64,000 nt of DNA from Chloroflexota bacterium (GTDB lineage Bacteria; Chloroflexota; UBA6077; FW602-bin22; JACPRP01), in assembly GCA_023480885.1 (NCBI GenBank), contig JAMCWX010000018.1:5086-69085 (forward strand), written 5' to 3'. The notes beneath the pieces were generated by a model. It was not told the origin of the DNA. It saw nothing but the letters and a program-made list of their open reading frames with translations, and made no database searches. Positions within the stretch are counted from its first letter, which is position 1. Every line of letters starts with the position of its first letter. Shown here one piece after another: positions 8,549 through 18,962 of this stretch. The position numbers were made by a program, and so were the translations under genes.

Positions 8549-9592
8549 CTAGGCGACGGCTGGCCTTGGTTTGGGGGAGTTGACGACGTTCTGGGGCTGG
8601 CCGACAAGGAAGCCCCCGATGTTGGCGACGGAGATTTCGACTATTCGCTGCAGGGCCTCTTTGCTGTGAAACGCGATGTGGGGTGTGATCACGACGTTCT
8701 CGCGGCGGAGAAGCACGTGCTGACGCAGGAGCATCCGCAGCTTCTCCTCGGCCGCGGGCGCCGCCAGCAGCGCCCGTTCTTCTTTGATCAATTCCTCACC
8801 CTCGATGACGTCTAGCCCGGCTCCACCGACGATTCCTTCGTCGAGCGCCCAGATTAAGGCATCGGTGTCGACCAGCGCGCCACGAGCAGTGTTGATCAAT
8901 AACGCTCCCTTTTTCAGCGTGCTCAGGCGCTCTCTGTTGATAAGATGGTGAGTCTGAGCGGAGTAGGGTGCGTGGAGGGTGATGATGTCCGAGCGCCGCA
9001 GCAGGTCCTCGAGCGGAACGTACTGGAAACCGAGAACCTCGGCCACGAGACGGTTTGGCTTCATGTCGTAGGCGAGAACGTTCATGCCGAAGCCCTTGGC
9101 AATCCTGATGACGTGCAGCCCGATGCTGCCGGCGCCGACGACGCCCAGGGTCTTGTCCTTCAGATCGAACCCCTGGAGTCCCTCCAGCGAAAAGTTTCCC
9201 GCCACCGTGCGCACGTACGCCTTGTGGATGTTTCTAGATAACGACAGAATCAGGCCGAAGGTGTGCTCGGCCACGGTGTTCTCGCCATAGTACGGGACGT
9301 TGGACACGACGATGCCGCGACGATTGCACGTGTCGATATCGACGTGGTCGTAGCCGGTCGAGCGCGTGGCAATCATCTCCAGCGCAGGCATCTCGGCGAG
9401 AACGTCGGCGGTCAACTGCGAGTGGATGAAGACGGACACGACGCGCGCGTGCCTGGCCTTGTTCACAGAGCGCTTATCGAGTATCTCAGGAAAGAACGCC
9501 AGCGTCTGCCCCTTGAGGGCCTGCGCCGCGTAGTCACGCTCGTATTTCTCTACCTCGAAAAAGACGATGGCTTCGCCTCGGTTTGCAGGCAT
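8549..9592 (-). CDS. D-isomer-specific 2-hydroxyacid dehydrogenase (D-LDH-like)
   Basis: TRSTGYDH, GAGSIG, INTARG, GLDVIEGE and TPHIAF. Confidence 0.9.
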   Translation of the reverse strand: MPANRGEAIVFFEVEKYERDYAAQALKGQTLAFFPEILDKRSVNKARHARVVSVFIHSQLTADVLAEMPALEMIATRSTGYDHVDIDTCNRRGIVVSNVPYYGENTVAEHTFGLILSLSRNIHKAYVRTVAGNFSLEGLQGFDLKDKTLGVVGAGSIGLHVIRIAKGFGMNVLAYDMKPNRLVAEVLGFQYVPLEDLLRRSDIITLHAPYSAQTHHLINRERLSTLKKGALLINTARGALVDTDALIWALDEGIVGGAGLDVIEGEELIKEERALLAAPAAEEKLRMLLRQHVLLRRENVVITPHIAFHSKEALQRIVEISVANIGGFLVGQPQNVVNSPKPRPAVA

Positions 9593-9683
9593 GCCCGCCT
9601 CCTCTGCCCCACGAGATTTGCCTGGTGGACGGGCCGTGGCACCGTTGGATGTCAAGAGTTTTGCCGGTTATGGCACAGGGCGT

Positions 9684-9760
9684 GCGCAGGGTAAAGCCTG
9701 CGGCTACAAAATGTGCGCGAAAGCGCGCGAGACAATGTGGCCGCAACCTTCAGGTTGCGC
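9684..9760. repeat. Inverted pair of GTAG/GTGG REP-like palindromes (REPIN-like)
   Basis: gcgcagggtaaagcctgcggctaca ... tgtggccgcaaccttcaggttgcgc. Confidence 0.7.
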
Positions 9761-9931
9761 GTAACCCTAGCACCCTCGAGGAGATCGTGCTCGACCAAAC
9801 CGTGATTGCTCGCAGGTGCTCGCGTCTAACCGCCCATTTAGTGTCGTTGGGTGCAATGTGCGTGCCAGGGGATAGGAAGAATTGGCTATGCGAGTTTCGC
9901 GAATTTCCCAATATTTTCCCCAATAAACCGC

Positions 9932-9993
9932 TTGACAAAATGCTATTATGGTGTAGAATACCTCGTGGTGGGGAAAAGTGGGGTGTGGTGGGG
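9932..9993 (+). promoter_or_regulatory. dcw promoter with three MraZ boxes
   Basis: TTGACA-16-TAGAAT, then GTGGGG at 9968, 9978 and 9988 (10-bp period). Confidence 0.88.
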
Positions 9994-10103
9994 ACAACCT
10001 GCTGGAGGCAGCGGGTTGTCCCCAAGTCCTTTCTAGAACCTCTTAGCTCCTACCGTTGAACGTCCCCAGCCAGGAGGCAGGCATCAAAGCCTGGAGTGCC
10101 GCG

Positions 10104-10535
10104 ATGTTCATGGGCGAGTTCGAACATACCGTAGACGATAAGGGCCGGCTGGCGATACCAGCGAAGTTTCGCTCCAGGTTCGCCGACGGCCTTGTTGTAA
10201 CTCGCGGACTCGACGGCTGCCTTTTCGTCTTTACGGTCCTGGAATGGACCGCGCTGGCGGACAAGATAGCTAAGCTCCCCATGGCCAATCCTGACGCCCG
10301 ATCGTTTCAGAGGATGATGTTCTCGGGCGCTACGAATTGCCAGCTCGATCAGCAGGGCCGCTTCGTCTTGCCGACGTTTCTGCGCGAGAAGGCGGGCATA
10401 AGCAACGAAGCGGTGATCATCGGCGTGAACACGCGGCTGGAGATATGGGCCAGGGAGCGCTGGAACGAAATGCGCGACAAGGTAGAGGAAGAAGGCACGT
10501 TTATCGCCGAGCACCTGGCCGGGCTGGGCATCTAG
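10104..10535 (+). CDS. mraZ: Division/cell wall cluster repressor MraZ
   Basis: MFMGEFEHTVDDKGRLAIP, LDQQGR, RLEIW. Confidence 0.97.
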   Translation: MFMGEFEHTVDDKGRLAIPAKFRSRFADGLVVTRGLDGCLFVFTVLEWTALADKIAKLPMANPDARSFQRMMFSGATNCQLDQQGRFVLPTFLREKAGISNEAVIIGVNTRLEIWARERWNEMRDKVEEEGTFIAEHLAGLGI

Positions 10536-10542
10536 ACGAGAG

Positions 10543-11493
10543 TTGGACGCGAGAGCCGAACACATACCTGTCCTATACCAGGAAGTGCTCGCGGCGCTGG
10601 CCCCGCGAGCGGGTGGACGTTACATCGATTGCACATTAGGTGGCGGCGGACACGCTCTGGGCATACTGGAGCGGTCGAGTCCAGATGGCAGATTACTCGG
10701 AATCGATGCGGACCCAGAGGCTTTGAAAATCGCGACCGCGCGGCTGGAACCCTACAGGTCGCGATGCATCCTGATCAACGACAACTATATCAACGTCGGC
10801 AGGCTGGCCCGCGAGCGCAACTTCGTCCAGGTGGACGGCGTTCTGTTCGATCTGGGCTTCTCGACGATACAGATTGAGAGCCTGAACCGAGGATTCAGCT
10901 TCCGGGTCGATGCGCCACTGGATATGCGCTTCGATCCTCGCCAGGAGATCACGGCCGAAGACCTGATCAGCACGTCGACAGAGCAAGAACTGGCGGAGAT
11001 GATCTTCAAATACGGCGAGGAGCGGCGCGCGAGGGCTGTCGCGAGGGCCATCGTCGCCGAGCGGGCCAGGCGACCGATCGAGACGACGGGGCAGATGACC
11101 AGGATCATCGAACGCGTCGTGCCGAAGCAGGGGAAAATTCATCCGGCGACGCGAACGTTTCAAGCGCTTCGCATAGCGGTCAACCGCGAGCTGGAGAATC
11201 TCGAATCGGCGCTAGGACAGGTGGTGGAACTGCTGGCCCCTGGCGGAAAGCTGGCGGTAATCTCGTTTCATTCCTTGGAAGATCGGCTGGTCAAACAGTT
11301 CTTCGCCGCCGAGGCGCGAGGGTGCATCTGTCCGCCGAGGATTCCAGTTTGCGTTTGCGGCCACAAGGCTCGGCTGGAGATAGCGACGAAAAAGGCGATA
11401 GCGCCATCGTCGGAGGAAGTGCAAAGGAACCCGCGGAGCCGAAGTGCGAAGCTGAGGGTGGCGCGGCGGGTGGGGGTACGGCCCTCACCCTAA
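10543..11493 (+). CDS. rsmH: 16S rRNA m4C1402 methyltransferase
   Basis: HIPVL, DCTLGGGGH, PLDMR, FQALRIAVN, FHSLEDR, NPRSRSAKLR. Confidence 0.97.
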   Translation: MDARAEHIPVLYQEVLAALAPRAGGRYIDCTLGGGGHALGILERSSPDGRLLGIDADPEALKIATARLEPYRSRCILINDNYINVGRLARERNFVQVDGVLFDLGFSTIQIESLNRGFSFRVDAPLDMRFDPRQEITAEDLISTSTEQELAEMIFKYGEERRARAVARAIVAERARRPIETTGQMTRIIERVVPKQGKIHPATRTFQALRIAVNRELENLESALGQVVELLAPGGKLAVISFHSLEDRLVKQFFAAEARGCICPPRIPVCVCGHKARLEIATKKAIAPSSEEVQRNPRSRSAKLRVARRVGVRPSP

Positions 11494-11514
11494 CCCTTTC
11501 CCAGAGGGAGAGGG
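11479..11514. repeat. CCCTCACCC...GGGAGAGGG palindromic element (family B)
   Basis: 26 of 29 nt identical to 39014-39042; supplies the rsmH stop codon. Confidence 0.75.
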
Positions 11515-11570
11515 TACATAGGCTTGGGGACAAGGCCCCCGCTGGGGTGGTTGGGTTGGCTACGGGGATA

Positions 11571-11978
11571 ATGCGGGCGATACCGCTGGCTAGACAACGC
11601 GGCGAGACGAAATCTCTCCGCATACCGATGATCTTCATCGTAGCTCTGGGCGTGGCCGGGCTGGTCAGCTTGCTGTATCTTGCCCAAACCAGCACGGTGG
11701 CTACTGTCGGATACGACATCAAGAGGCTGGAAGACCAGAGGGCCCGGTGGCAGATGAAGAACGCGCAATCGAGAGTCAAGATTGCGGAACTCCAGTCCAT
11801 AGACCGCATCGAAAGGGATGCTAAGAGCCGTTTGAACATGGCGCCGCCAACCAAGATCATCTTTGTACCTGTCGAACTCAGCGCCAAGACAACCGTCGGC
11901 AGCGAAGCTGCGAGCTCTCAGGCTCGCGCCGAGGCCGACGCTGGCGCCAAGAGAACGCCGAAGGAAAGTTCACGGTGA
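11571..11978 (+). CDS. ftsL: FtsL-like cell division protein
   Basis: Single TM segment, coiled coil, RIERDAKSRLNM..P; located between rsmH and the PBP. Confidence 0.75.
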   Translation: MRAIPLARQRGETKSLRIPMIFIVALGVAGLVSLLYLAQTSTVATVGYDIKRLEDQRARWQMKNAQSRVKIAELQSIDRIERDAKSRLNMAPPTKIIFVPVELSAKTTVGSEAASSQARAEADAGAKRTPKESSR

Positions 11979-11988
11979 GACGATTACA

Positions 11989-13716
11989 TTGCACGAGCTT
12001 GAGGAACGACGTTGGCGCTTCTATACTCTGTTCACGGTAATTGCCGTTTTTATCCTCATCCTTATCTTCAGGCTGTTCTATCTCCAGGTAATCCAAAACA
12101 GCTACTATAGCTCTCTGGCCAAGAAAGAGCACTGGCGCGAGGAAACGATCCCGGCACAGCGCGGCACGATCTACGACACGAACGGGCACGTGCTGGCCAC
12201 CAGCGTCGGCTTTGAATCGCTCTACGCCATCACGAACCAGATCGCCAGACCAGAGAAGCTCGCTCGGGCGCTGAGCCCCGTCCTGGGGGAATCCGAGACC
12301 GAAATCGCGGCAAAACTGGCGACGAAGCAGAACGCCCCCACGTTGGTCAAAGCATATCTTCCCGAGGAGCAGGCAGACGCGGTGCGCAAGCTCAACCTGT
12401 GGGACGTCTACTTCCAGCCTGAATTCAAGCGCATGTATCCGGAGGGCAGCATCGCGGCACAGGTGCTCGGCATAGTTGGCCTCGAGTCGCAGGGGCTGAC
12501 TGGCATCGAGGCGAGATACAACGACGTTCTGGCCGGCAAGCCAGGCTCCCTGCTGGCCGAGAGAGACGCCACCGACGACGAGATAGCGCTCAGCGCCAGC
12601 ACGTACTCGCAGCCGCACAACGGGGGATCGATCACGCTCACCATCGACCGCTACATACAGAAGCTGGTCGAGCAAGAACTGGAGAAGGCTGTCGGTCAAT
12701 ACAAGGCAGCGGGGGGCACCATCGTCGTGATGGAGCCGAGAACTGGCGCCATTCTGGCGATGGCAAACCGACCCACGATCGACTTCAACGATCCGAACCT
12801 GTTCGCTGCCAGTCGAACTCCTATGTACAAGAACGCGGCGGTGAGCGATGCCTGGGAGCCGGGCTCGATCTTTAAGATAATCACGATGGCGGCTGGACTG
12901 GACACCAAGGCAGTTACACCCGATACCTCGTTCAACAATACTGGCAGCTTCGCCTACGGCGGCGGGGTGGTGCGCAACGTGATCACCCGACTGGGGCCAG
13001 AGACCATGACCCAAACGCTGCAGCGCTCCTCGAACATCGGTGCGGCCTTCGCGAGCACAAGGATGGGAGCGGACGCGTTCTACAGGTACGTCGAGGCCTT
13101 TGGCTTCGGGCAGCCGACGGGGATCGAGCTGCAGGGAGAATCGCCGGGCATATTGCGAACTAACAAGACGGGCAACTGGTATCCATTCGATCTGGCCACA
13201 AACGCCTTCGGCCAGGGCATCTCGGTCACGCCCATCCAGATGGTTACCGCCGTGTCGGCAGCGATTAACGGTGGCATCTTGATGAAGCCGTACGTTGTCA
13301 AGGAGGTAGTAACCGAGAAAGAGCGCCGCGAATATCATCCGACGGTTATCAGGCAGGTGATCTCGCCGCAGACCTCCAAGACGCTAGGTGGTATGCTCGT
13401 CTCTGTCGTGGAGCTTGTCGAGGGCGGACAGGTGAGGCTGGCGAAGGTGCCTGGCTATCATGTTGGGGGCAAAACCGGGACCGCGGAGATACCGACTAAG
13501 GAGGGCTATGGCAGCTCGGCGACGATCGCCTCGTTTGTCGGCTTCGGGCCGGCCGACGACCCGCGCTTCGTTATGCTGGTGAAGATCGATCGGCCCGAGG
13601 CGTCGCCCTGGGGCGAGACCGTGGCCTCGCCAGTTTTCCGGGCTATAGCGGAACAGTTGTTCACGTACATGAAGGTGCCGCCAGCGAGGGCGGTGACGCA
13701 GAATCAGGGCGGGTGA
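11989..13716 (+). CDS. ftsI: Class B penicillin-binding protein (FtsI)
   Basis: RGTIYDTNG, EPGSIFK (SxxK), SSNIG (SxN), GKTGT; TTG start inferred. Confidence 0.92.
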   Translation: MHELEERRWRFYTLFTVIAVFILILIFRLFYLQVIQNSYYSSLAKKEHWREETIPAQRGTIYDTNGHVLATSVGFESLYAITNQIARPEKLARALSPVLGESETEIAAKLATKQNAPTLVKAYLPEEQADAVRKLNLWDVYFQPEFKRMYPEGSIAAQVLGIVGLESQGLTGIEARYNDVLAGKPGSLLAERDATDDEIALSASTYSQPHNGGSITLTIDRYIQKLVEQELEKAVGQYKAAGGTIVVMEPRTGAILAMANRPTIDFNDPNLFAASRTPMYKNAAVSDAWEPGSIFKIITMAAGLDTKAVTPDTSFNNTGSFAYGGGVVRNVITRLGPETMTQTLQRSSNIGAAFASTRMGADAFYRYVEAFGFGQPTGIELQGESPGILRTNKTGNWYPFDLATNAFGQGISVTPIQMVTAVSAAINGGILMKPYVVKEVVTEKERREYHPTVIRQVISPQTSKTLGGMLVSVVELVEGGQVRLAKVPGYHVGGKTGTAEIPTKEGYGSSATIASFVGFGPADDPRFVMLVKIDRPEASPWGETVASPVFRAIAEQLFTYMKVPPARAVTQNQGG

Positions 13717-13774
13717 GAAAACTTCGCGCATCGTGGTAGAATAGGGGGAATATATCAGTTGTGGTGGTGCTTAC

Positions 13775-15151
13775 GTGCTGAGAATTAGCGACGTTCTGAT
13801 TGGCGTGGGGAGCCACAATCTGCCTCACGCGGTGTCGCCTGACCTCTGTTTCGCCGACGTGACCAACGATTCCCGCCTGGCCACCAGGGGCGCGCTTTTC
13901 GTGGCGCTGCGAGACGTGCGCGACGGGCACGATTTCATCCCGGACGCGTATCGCAAAGGGGCTGCCGGCGTGATAGCGGAGAGGCTGATCGATCTGGACG
14001 GGTGGCTGGAACGCTCGGCCAGACGGGATTTCGCCTACATAATCGTCGACGACTGCATCACCGCGCTGCAGAAGCTCAGCGCGTACTGGCGGAGCAAGCA
14101 CGGCATCCAGGTCGTCGGCGTGACCGGCAGTGTGGGCAAGACGTCGACCAAGGAGATGATCGCCACCGTTCTGTCGGAGGAGGTCAGGGTGCTTAGCAAC
14201 GAGAAGAACATGAACAACGAGATCGGCCTCCCTCTCAGCCTTCTGCGCCTGGACGACACGCACGAGAAGGCTGTGCTGGAAATGGGCATGTACGACATCG
14301 GCGAGATCAACCTCCTGTGTGCAATCGCCCGGCCACAGATCGGGGTAGTGACCAACGTCAGTCATTCGCACCTCGAACGGCTCTGGACGATCGAGCGCAT
14401 CGCCCAGGCCAAATCGGAACTGGTCGAAGCGCTGCCTGACGACGGCATCGCCATCCTGAATGGCGACGACCCACTGGTCAGCCAAATGGCCGCGAAGACC
14501 GGCGCCAGCCACATTTTCTTCGGCACGGGCTCAGAGTGCGACGTTCGTGCCACGCGAATTCGGGTGAATGGGCTCAAAGGGATCAGTTTCGACCTCGTGT
14601 ACGACGGCAAAACGGCGAGGGTAAAGACGCCGCTGCTGGGAAGACACACCGTGTATCCTTGTCTGGCAGCCGCCGCGGTGGGCATCGCACAAGGGATGAG
14701 CCTCGACGAGATCGCTCGCGCCCTGAAGAAGGCGCCATCTACCGTGCGACTGCAAGCCTTGCCTGGCAAGAACAGGTCTTCTATACTCGACGACACTTAT
14801 AACGCGAGCCCTGTTTCGACAAATGCTGCCCTCGACCTCCTGGCAAAGCTGCGTGGTCGCAGAATCGCGATCCTCGGCGACATGTTCGAGCTTGGCAGCT
14901 ACGAAGAGCAAGGGCATCGCGAGGTGGGAAGGCGGGCAGCACGCTCTGTGGACAGGTTGATCGTGGTGGGCAAGCGGGCACGCTGGATCGGAGACGAGGC
15001 GCTGTCGGCTGGCCTCAAGGCCGTGGAGTTCGCGGAGACGAACGCAGGGGTGTCGATAGAGCTGCAGCCGAACGATTACGTGCTGGTCAAGGGGTCGCGG
15101 GGGATGAGGATGGAAGAGATTGTGGCGAGGTTGGTGGAAGAGGGTGGCTAA
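13775..15151 (+). CDS. murF: UDP-MurNAc-tripeptide:D-Ala-D-Ala ligase
   Basis: VTGSVGKTSTK, NNEIGLP, DDTYNASP, LGDMFELG, KGSRGM. Confidence 0.95.
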   Translation: MLRISDVLIGVGSHNLPHAVSPDLCFADVTNDSRLATRGALFVALRDVRDGHDFIPDAYRKGAAGVIAERLIDLDGWLERSARRDFAYIIVDDCITALQKLSAYWRSKHGIQVVGVTGSVGKTSTKEMIATVLSEEVRVLSNEKNMNNEIGLPLSLLRLDDTHEKAVLEMGMYDIGEINLLCAIARPQIGVVTNVSHSHLERLWTIERIAQAKSELVEALPDDGIAILNGDDPLVSQMAAKTGASHIFFGTGSECDVRATRIRVNGLKGISFDLVYDGKTARVKTPLLGRHTVYPCLAAAAVGIAQGMSLDEIARALKKAPSTVRLQALPGKNRSSILDDTYNASPVSTNAALDLLAKLRGRRIAILGDMFELGSYEEQGHREVGRRAARSVDRLIVVGKRARWIGDEALSAGLKAVEFAETNAGVSIELQPNDYVLVKGSRGMRMEEIVARLVEEGG

Positions 15152-16100
15152 TAACGCAATCTTGCTCGCGCCGATATCGTTCCTGGTGGCCGTGGCGTGG
15201 ACGCCGTGGTTCATTGGACAGCTTCGCGCGCACAGGATGGGCAAGCAGATTCGCGTGGACGGGCCCAGCGGGCACATGGTCAAGGCGGGGACGCCGACTA
15301 TGGGCGGCTGGGTAATGGTGGGGACCACGGCGGTCCTGACGATGGCATTCATACGCGAGTGGGCAATCGCGCTGCCGCTGTTGATGGCCATTCTAGGCTT
15401 CGCCGTCTACGGCACCGTGGACGATTTCGCCAATCTGCGATCCAAGGAGGGCCTGGGCCTGAGGGTCCGTTTCAAGTTCCTGTGGCACAATGGCATCGCA
15501 CTGGCCATTGCGGCTGCGCTGTACTTCGTGTCGGGCGCGCAGACGGTCTCCGTGCCCTGGCTGGGAAGTTTTCAGATCGGCTGGTGGTTCATTCCCCTGG
15601 CGATGGTCACGATTTTCGCTACGACCAGCGGCGTGAACGAGACCGACGGGCTCGACGGCCTGGCCGGAGGGACAACGGCTATCGCGTACGGCGCGTTTCT
15701 AGCCATCGCCTTGCTGAACGGACAGAGCGCGGTGGCGGCGTTTTGCGCGATAATGATCGGCACCATTATGGCCTTTCTGTGGTTCAACGTGCACCCCGCC
15801 AGCGTCTTCATGGGCGATACGGGATCGCTGGCGCTGGGCGCTGGATTGGCAGTTGTGGCCCTGCTCACGGGGTGGGTCTTGCTGCTGCCCGTCGTCGGCA
15901 TGGTGTTCGTCGTGGAGTCGCTGTCGGTGATGCTACAGGTGGCCCATTTCAAGGCGACGAAAGGCAAGCGCATTTTCAAGATGAGCCCGTTGCACCATCA
16001 TTTCGAGCTCAGCGGCTGGGAAGAGGTGCAGATCGTGCAGCGCTTCTGGCTGGTTGGAGCGCTGGCCGCGGTGGTGGGTATAATCCTTGCAGAGGTGTAA
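15144..16100 (+). CDS. mraY: Phospho-MurNAc-pentapeptide transferase
   Basis: KAGTPTMGG, NETDGLDGL, FMGDTGS, PLHHHFEL; GTG start overlapping the murF end. Confidence 0.95.
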   Translation: MANNAILLAPISFLVAVAWTPWFIGQLRAHRMGKQIRVDGPSGHMVKAGTPTMGGWVMVGTTAVLTMAFIREWAIALPLLMAILGFAVYGTVDDFANLRSKEGLGLRVRFKFLWHNGIALAIAAALYFVSGAQTVSVPWLGSFQIGWWFIPLAMVTIFATTSGVNETDGLDGLAGGTTAIAYGAFLAIALLNGQSAVAAFCAIMIGTIMAFLWFNVHPASVFMGDTGSLALGAGLAVVALLTGWVLLLPVVGMVFVVESLSVMLQVAHFKATKGKRIFKMSPLHHHFELSGWEEVQIVQRFWLVGALAAVVGIILAEV

Positions 16101-16120
16101 GAGACAATGGGTTGCGGGCT

Positions 16121-16285
16121 CACCACGGAGACACAGAGACACGGAGGGGAAACCGATTTATCCCCTCTCCCTAAGACGCATAAGTCACATTACGGGTTGA
16201 AGGACGTTGCCAAGGCCAGATACCAGCGGGGGACAAGCCCCCCGCGCTACGTTGCGTCGACACACCTCTAGGAGCAGGGTGAGGG
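16121..16285. repeat. Composite repeat cluster (family C arm; family B arms enclosing a family A REP)
   Basis: caccacggagacacagagacacggag; cccctctccct; gcgggggacaagccccccgcgctac (16226-16250); ggagcagggtgaggg. Confidence 0.7.
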
Positions 16286-17698
16286 ATGAGTCTGTCGAAG
16301 GATAAGGTTTTCACAGGCAAGAGGGCTGTCTTGATCGGGTTGGGCACGCGCACGCACGTTAGCCTGGCGCGCTATCTGGTCAGGCGGGGAGCTGCCGTGA
16401 CGATCAGCGATGCCAAGCAGGAGGAACGGCTGCGGGAGGAGATCGCGCTGCTGGGGGACCTTCCGGTAAGGCTTTCGCTGGGTGGGCATCGCGCCGAGGA
16501 CGTGCTGGACGCCGACGTCATCTTCGTGACGCCCGGGGCGCCGCGCGAGCTGCCAGTCCTGGTCGAGGCGCAGAAGCGGGGCATTCCGATCAGCAGCGAG
16601 ATCGAGCTGCTCCTGGAAATATGCCCTGCCTCGGTCGTGGGCATCACAGGGAGCAGCGGAAAGACGACCACGACGACGCTGGTTGGCGAGATATTGAAGG
16701 CCGACGGACGCAAGGTGATGGTGGGGGGCAACATCGGAGTGCCGCTGATCGAGCGGATCGACGAAATGGACACGGAAACCTGGGTGGCGCTGGAACTCAG
16801 CAGCTTCCAGCTCGAATACGCCAGGAAAAGCCCGAAGATCGCCGCGATCCTCAACGTCACGCCGAACCATCTCGACAGGCACCATACCTTCGAGAACTAC
16901 CTCGAAGCGAAGAAGAACATCATCCACTACCAGGGTCCCGCCGATTACGCCGTGTTCAACCTGGACGATCCGGCATCCTGCGGCGTCGCGTCCGAAGCGA
17001 TTGGCCGAGTTCTGCTGTTCAGCCGCCAGAGCGAGGTGCGCGAAGGGGCGTACCTTCGCGACGGAACGATTCACGTGAGGCTGGGCGGGCTGGACAGAGA
17101 GGTGTGCCAGGTCGGCGAACTGAAGCTTCCTGGCGAGCACAACGTCGAGAACGCTCTCGCCGCCGCCGCCATCTCGACGGCCGCGGGGGCTCTTCCGAAG
17201 AGCATAGCCGCGGTGCTGACGAGCTTCGCAGGCGTGGAGCACAGGCTGGAACTGGTGCGGGAAATCGACGGCATCAAGTTCTACAACGATTCGATCGCGA
17301 CGTCGCCCGAGCGAGCCATCGCGGGCCTCCTGTCCTTCGAACAACAGGTGATCCTGATCGCCGGCGGCAAGAGCAAGCATCTGCCGTTAGACGAGCTGAT
17401 TCGTACGATGAGGCGTAAGGTGAAGTATCTGGTGCTTGCCAGCGAGCTGGGCCTGGAAATAGAGCAGGCTCTGGCAGGCGCCGACGAGGATGGAGTCATT
17501 CCGAGGTGCCATTTCGCCACTCTGGGCGAAGCTGCGCTGAAAGCGGCTGAGGTGGCGCGGCCTGGAGACATCGTCTTGATGTCGCCGGGGGGAACTAGCT
17601 TCGACGAGTTCAAGGATTTCGAGGAGCGGGGGCAGTATTTCAAGAAGCTGGTGCAGGCGCTGTCCGGGAAAGCGCCTGGTGAGGACGACCAGAAATGA
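16286..17698 (+). CDS. murD: UDP-MurNAc-L-Ala:D-Glu ligase
   Basis: GITGSSGKTTTT, GGNIG, ELSSFQL, HLDRH, YNDSIAT, SFDEFKDFEERG. Confidence 0.96.
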   Translation: MSLSKDKVFTGKRAVLIGLGTRTHVSLARYLVRRGAAVTISDAKQEERLREEIALLGDLPVRLSLGGHRAEDVLDADVIFVTPGAPRELPVLVEAQKRGIPISSEIELLLEICPASVVGITGSSGKTTTTTLVGEILKADGRKVMVGGNIGVPLIERIDEMDTETWVALELSSFQLEYARKSPKIAAILNVTPNHLDRHHTFENYLEAKKNIIHYQGPADYAVFNLDDPASCGVASEAIGRVLLFSRQSEVREGAYLRDGTIHVRLGGLDREVCQVGELKLPGEHNVENALAAAAISTAAGALPKSIAAVLTSFAGVEHRLELVREIDGIKFYNDSIATSPERAIAGLLSFEQQVILIAGGKSKHLPLDELIRTMRRKVKYLVLASELGLEIEQALAGADEDGVIPRCHFATLGEAALKAAEVARPGDIVLMSPGGTSFDEFKDFEERGQYFKKLVQALSGKAPGEDDQK

Positions 17699-18927
17699 GC
17701 ATGCGCTTTCTGAGCAAGGCATATAAGAATCAGTTTCAAGGCAAGGGACATCCCGATTACGCGCTGATGGGCATCATCGCCATATTGCTGGTGCTGGGAG
17801 TGGACATGGTTTACAGCGCCAGTTTCGTCATCGCTCACAACAGCCCGCTGTACCACAGCGATACTTATTTCCTCGTTCGACAGATGCTGTGGGTGGGGAT
17901 AGGCGTAGTGACCATGTTGGTGCTGATGCAGGTCGATTATCACAAGTATCAGCGATTCACCGTGCCGGGGATGGTCGTCATCATTTTGCTGCTCTTCGTC
18001 GTCATCGCCACCAGGCTCGGGCACAGCGCCTATGGCGCGCAAAGGTGGTTGAGCCTGGGTCCGCTACCCGCGATTCAGCCGAGCGAATTCGCGAAGCTGG
18101 TGCTGATTCTGTATCTCTCTAACTGGCTGTCGCGCCGAGGCGAGCGGCTGAAGGACCTGTCCAACGGCACAATTCCCTTCGCCATTATGCTCGGCCTGAT
18201 CACGGGCCTGGTGCTAATGCAGCCCGACCTGGGCAGCGCCTTCGTCATCGCCCTCAGCGCAGTTTGCCTGTTCTTCATCGCCGGAGCCGACCTGAAGCAT
18301 TTCATCGCCGGCGGCATCGCGGGAACGATCGCGCTGGTAATGCTGGCTTTGACGGAAGCGTATCGCTCACAGCGCATCGCGGCCTTTCTCGACCCGGAAC
18401 AGGACCCGCTGGGGGTCGGCTGGCACATCATCCAGAGCAATATCGCCCTCGGCTCGGGCGGCATCTTCGGATTGGGGCTTGGCGCCAGCAGGCAGAAGTT
18501 CTATTACCTGCCCAGCGCGCATACAGACGCGATCTTCGCGGTCATCGGCGAGGAGCTGGGACTGCTGGGAACGATGGCCGTGATCGGATTGTTTGCGCTC
18601 CTGGCCTATCGCGGCTACAAAGCGACGATGAAAGCGCCGGATTCGTTCGGCATGTTGCTGGCGGCGGGGATCACTTCGTGGATAACGTTCCAGGCGCTGC
18701 TGAACATCGCCGTGGTGACCTCGACGGTGCCATTCACGGGCATTACCCTGCCTTTCGTCAGCTACGGCGGCTCGTCGATGCTGGTTTCCTTTGCCGCCAT
18801 CGGCATTCTGTTGAACGTATCGAGACATCAAGTGGGATTCGTGCCGGAGAAGAATCGCAACAAGGGGGCCGAGCCAGCGATCAAAAGCGTGAGAGCGCGA
18901 AGCGCGCACCTAAGCCAGGCGGAGTAG
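17695..18927 (+). CDS. ftsW: SEDS peptidoglycan polymerase FtsW
   Basis: GAQRW, QPSEFAK, QPDLG, AHTDAIF, TGITLPFVSYGGSS. Confidence 0.95.
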   Translation: MSMRFLSKAYKNQFQGKGHPDYALMGIIAILLVLGVDMVYSASFVIAHNSPLYHSDTYFLVRQMLWVGIGVVTMLVLMQVDYHKYQRFTVPGMVVIILLLFVVIATRLGHSAYGAQRWLSLGPLPAIQPSEFAKLVLILYLSNWLSRRGERLKDLSNGTIPFAIMLGLITGLVLMQPDLGSAFVIALSAVCLFFIAGADLKHFIAGGIAGTIALVMLALTEAYRSQRIAAFLDPEQDPLGVGWHIIQSNIALGSGGIFGLGLGASRQKFYYLPSAHTDAIFAVIGEELGLLGTMAVIGLFALLAYRGYKATMKAPDSFGMLLAAGITSWITFQALLNIAVVTSTVPFTGITLPFVSYGGSSMLVSFAAIGILLNVSRHQVGFVPEKNRNKGAEPAIKSVRARSAHLSQAE

Positions 18928-18962
18928 CGAGACAATGTTTCACGAGAGGGGTGGTGGAGGAG

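Noticed and set aside
11878-13338. Long antisense and alternate-frame ORFs (e.g. 486 aa opposite ftsI, 461 aa opposite ftsA, 354 aa opposite the MTase)
   Set aside because: Expected shadows of GC-rich codon usage; no motifs or RBS
18264-18962. N-terminal extension of the 442-aa ORF overlapping ftsW
   Set aside because: Alternate-frame overlap; the start with a strong SD is at 18963
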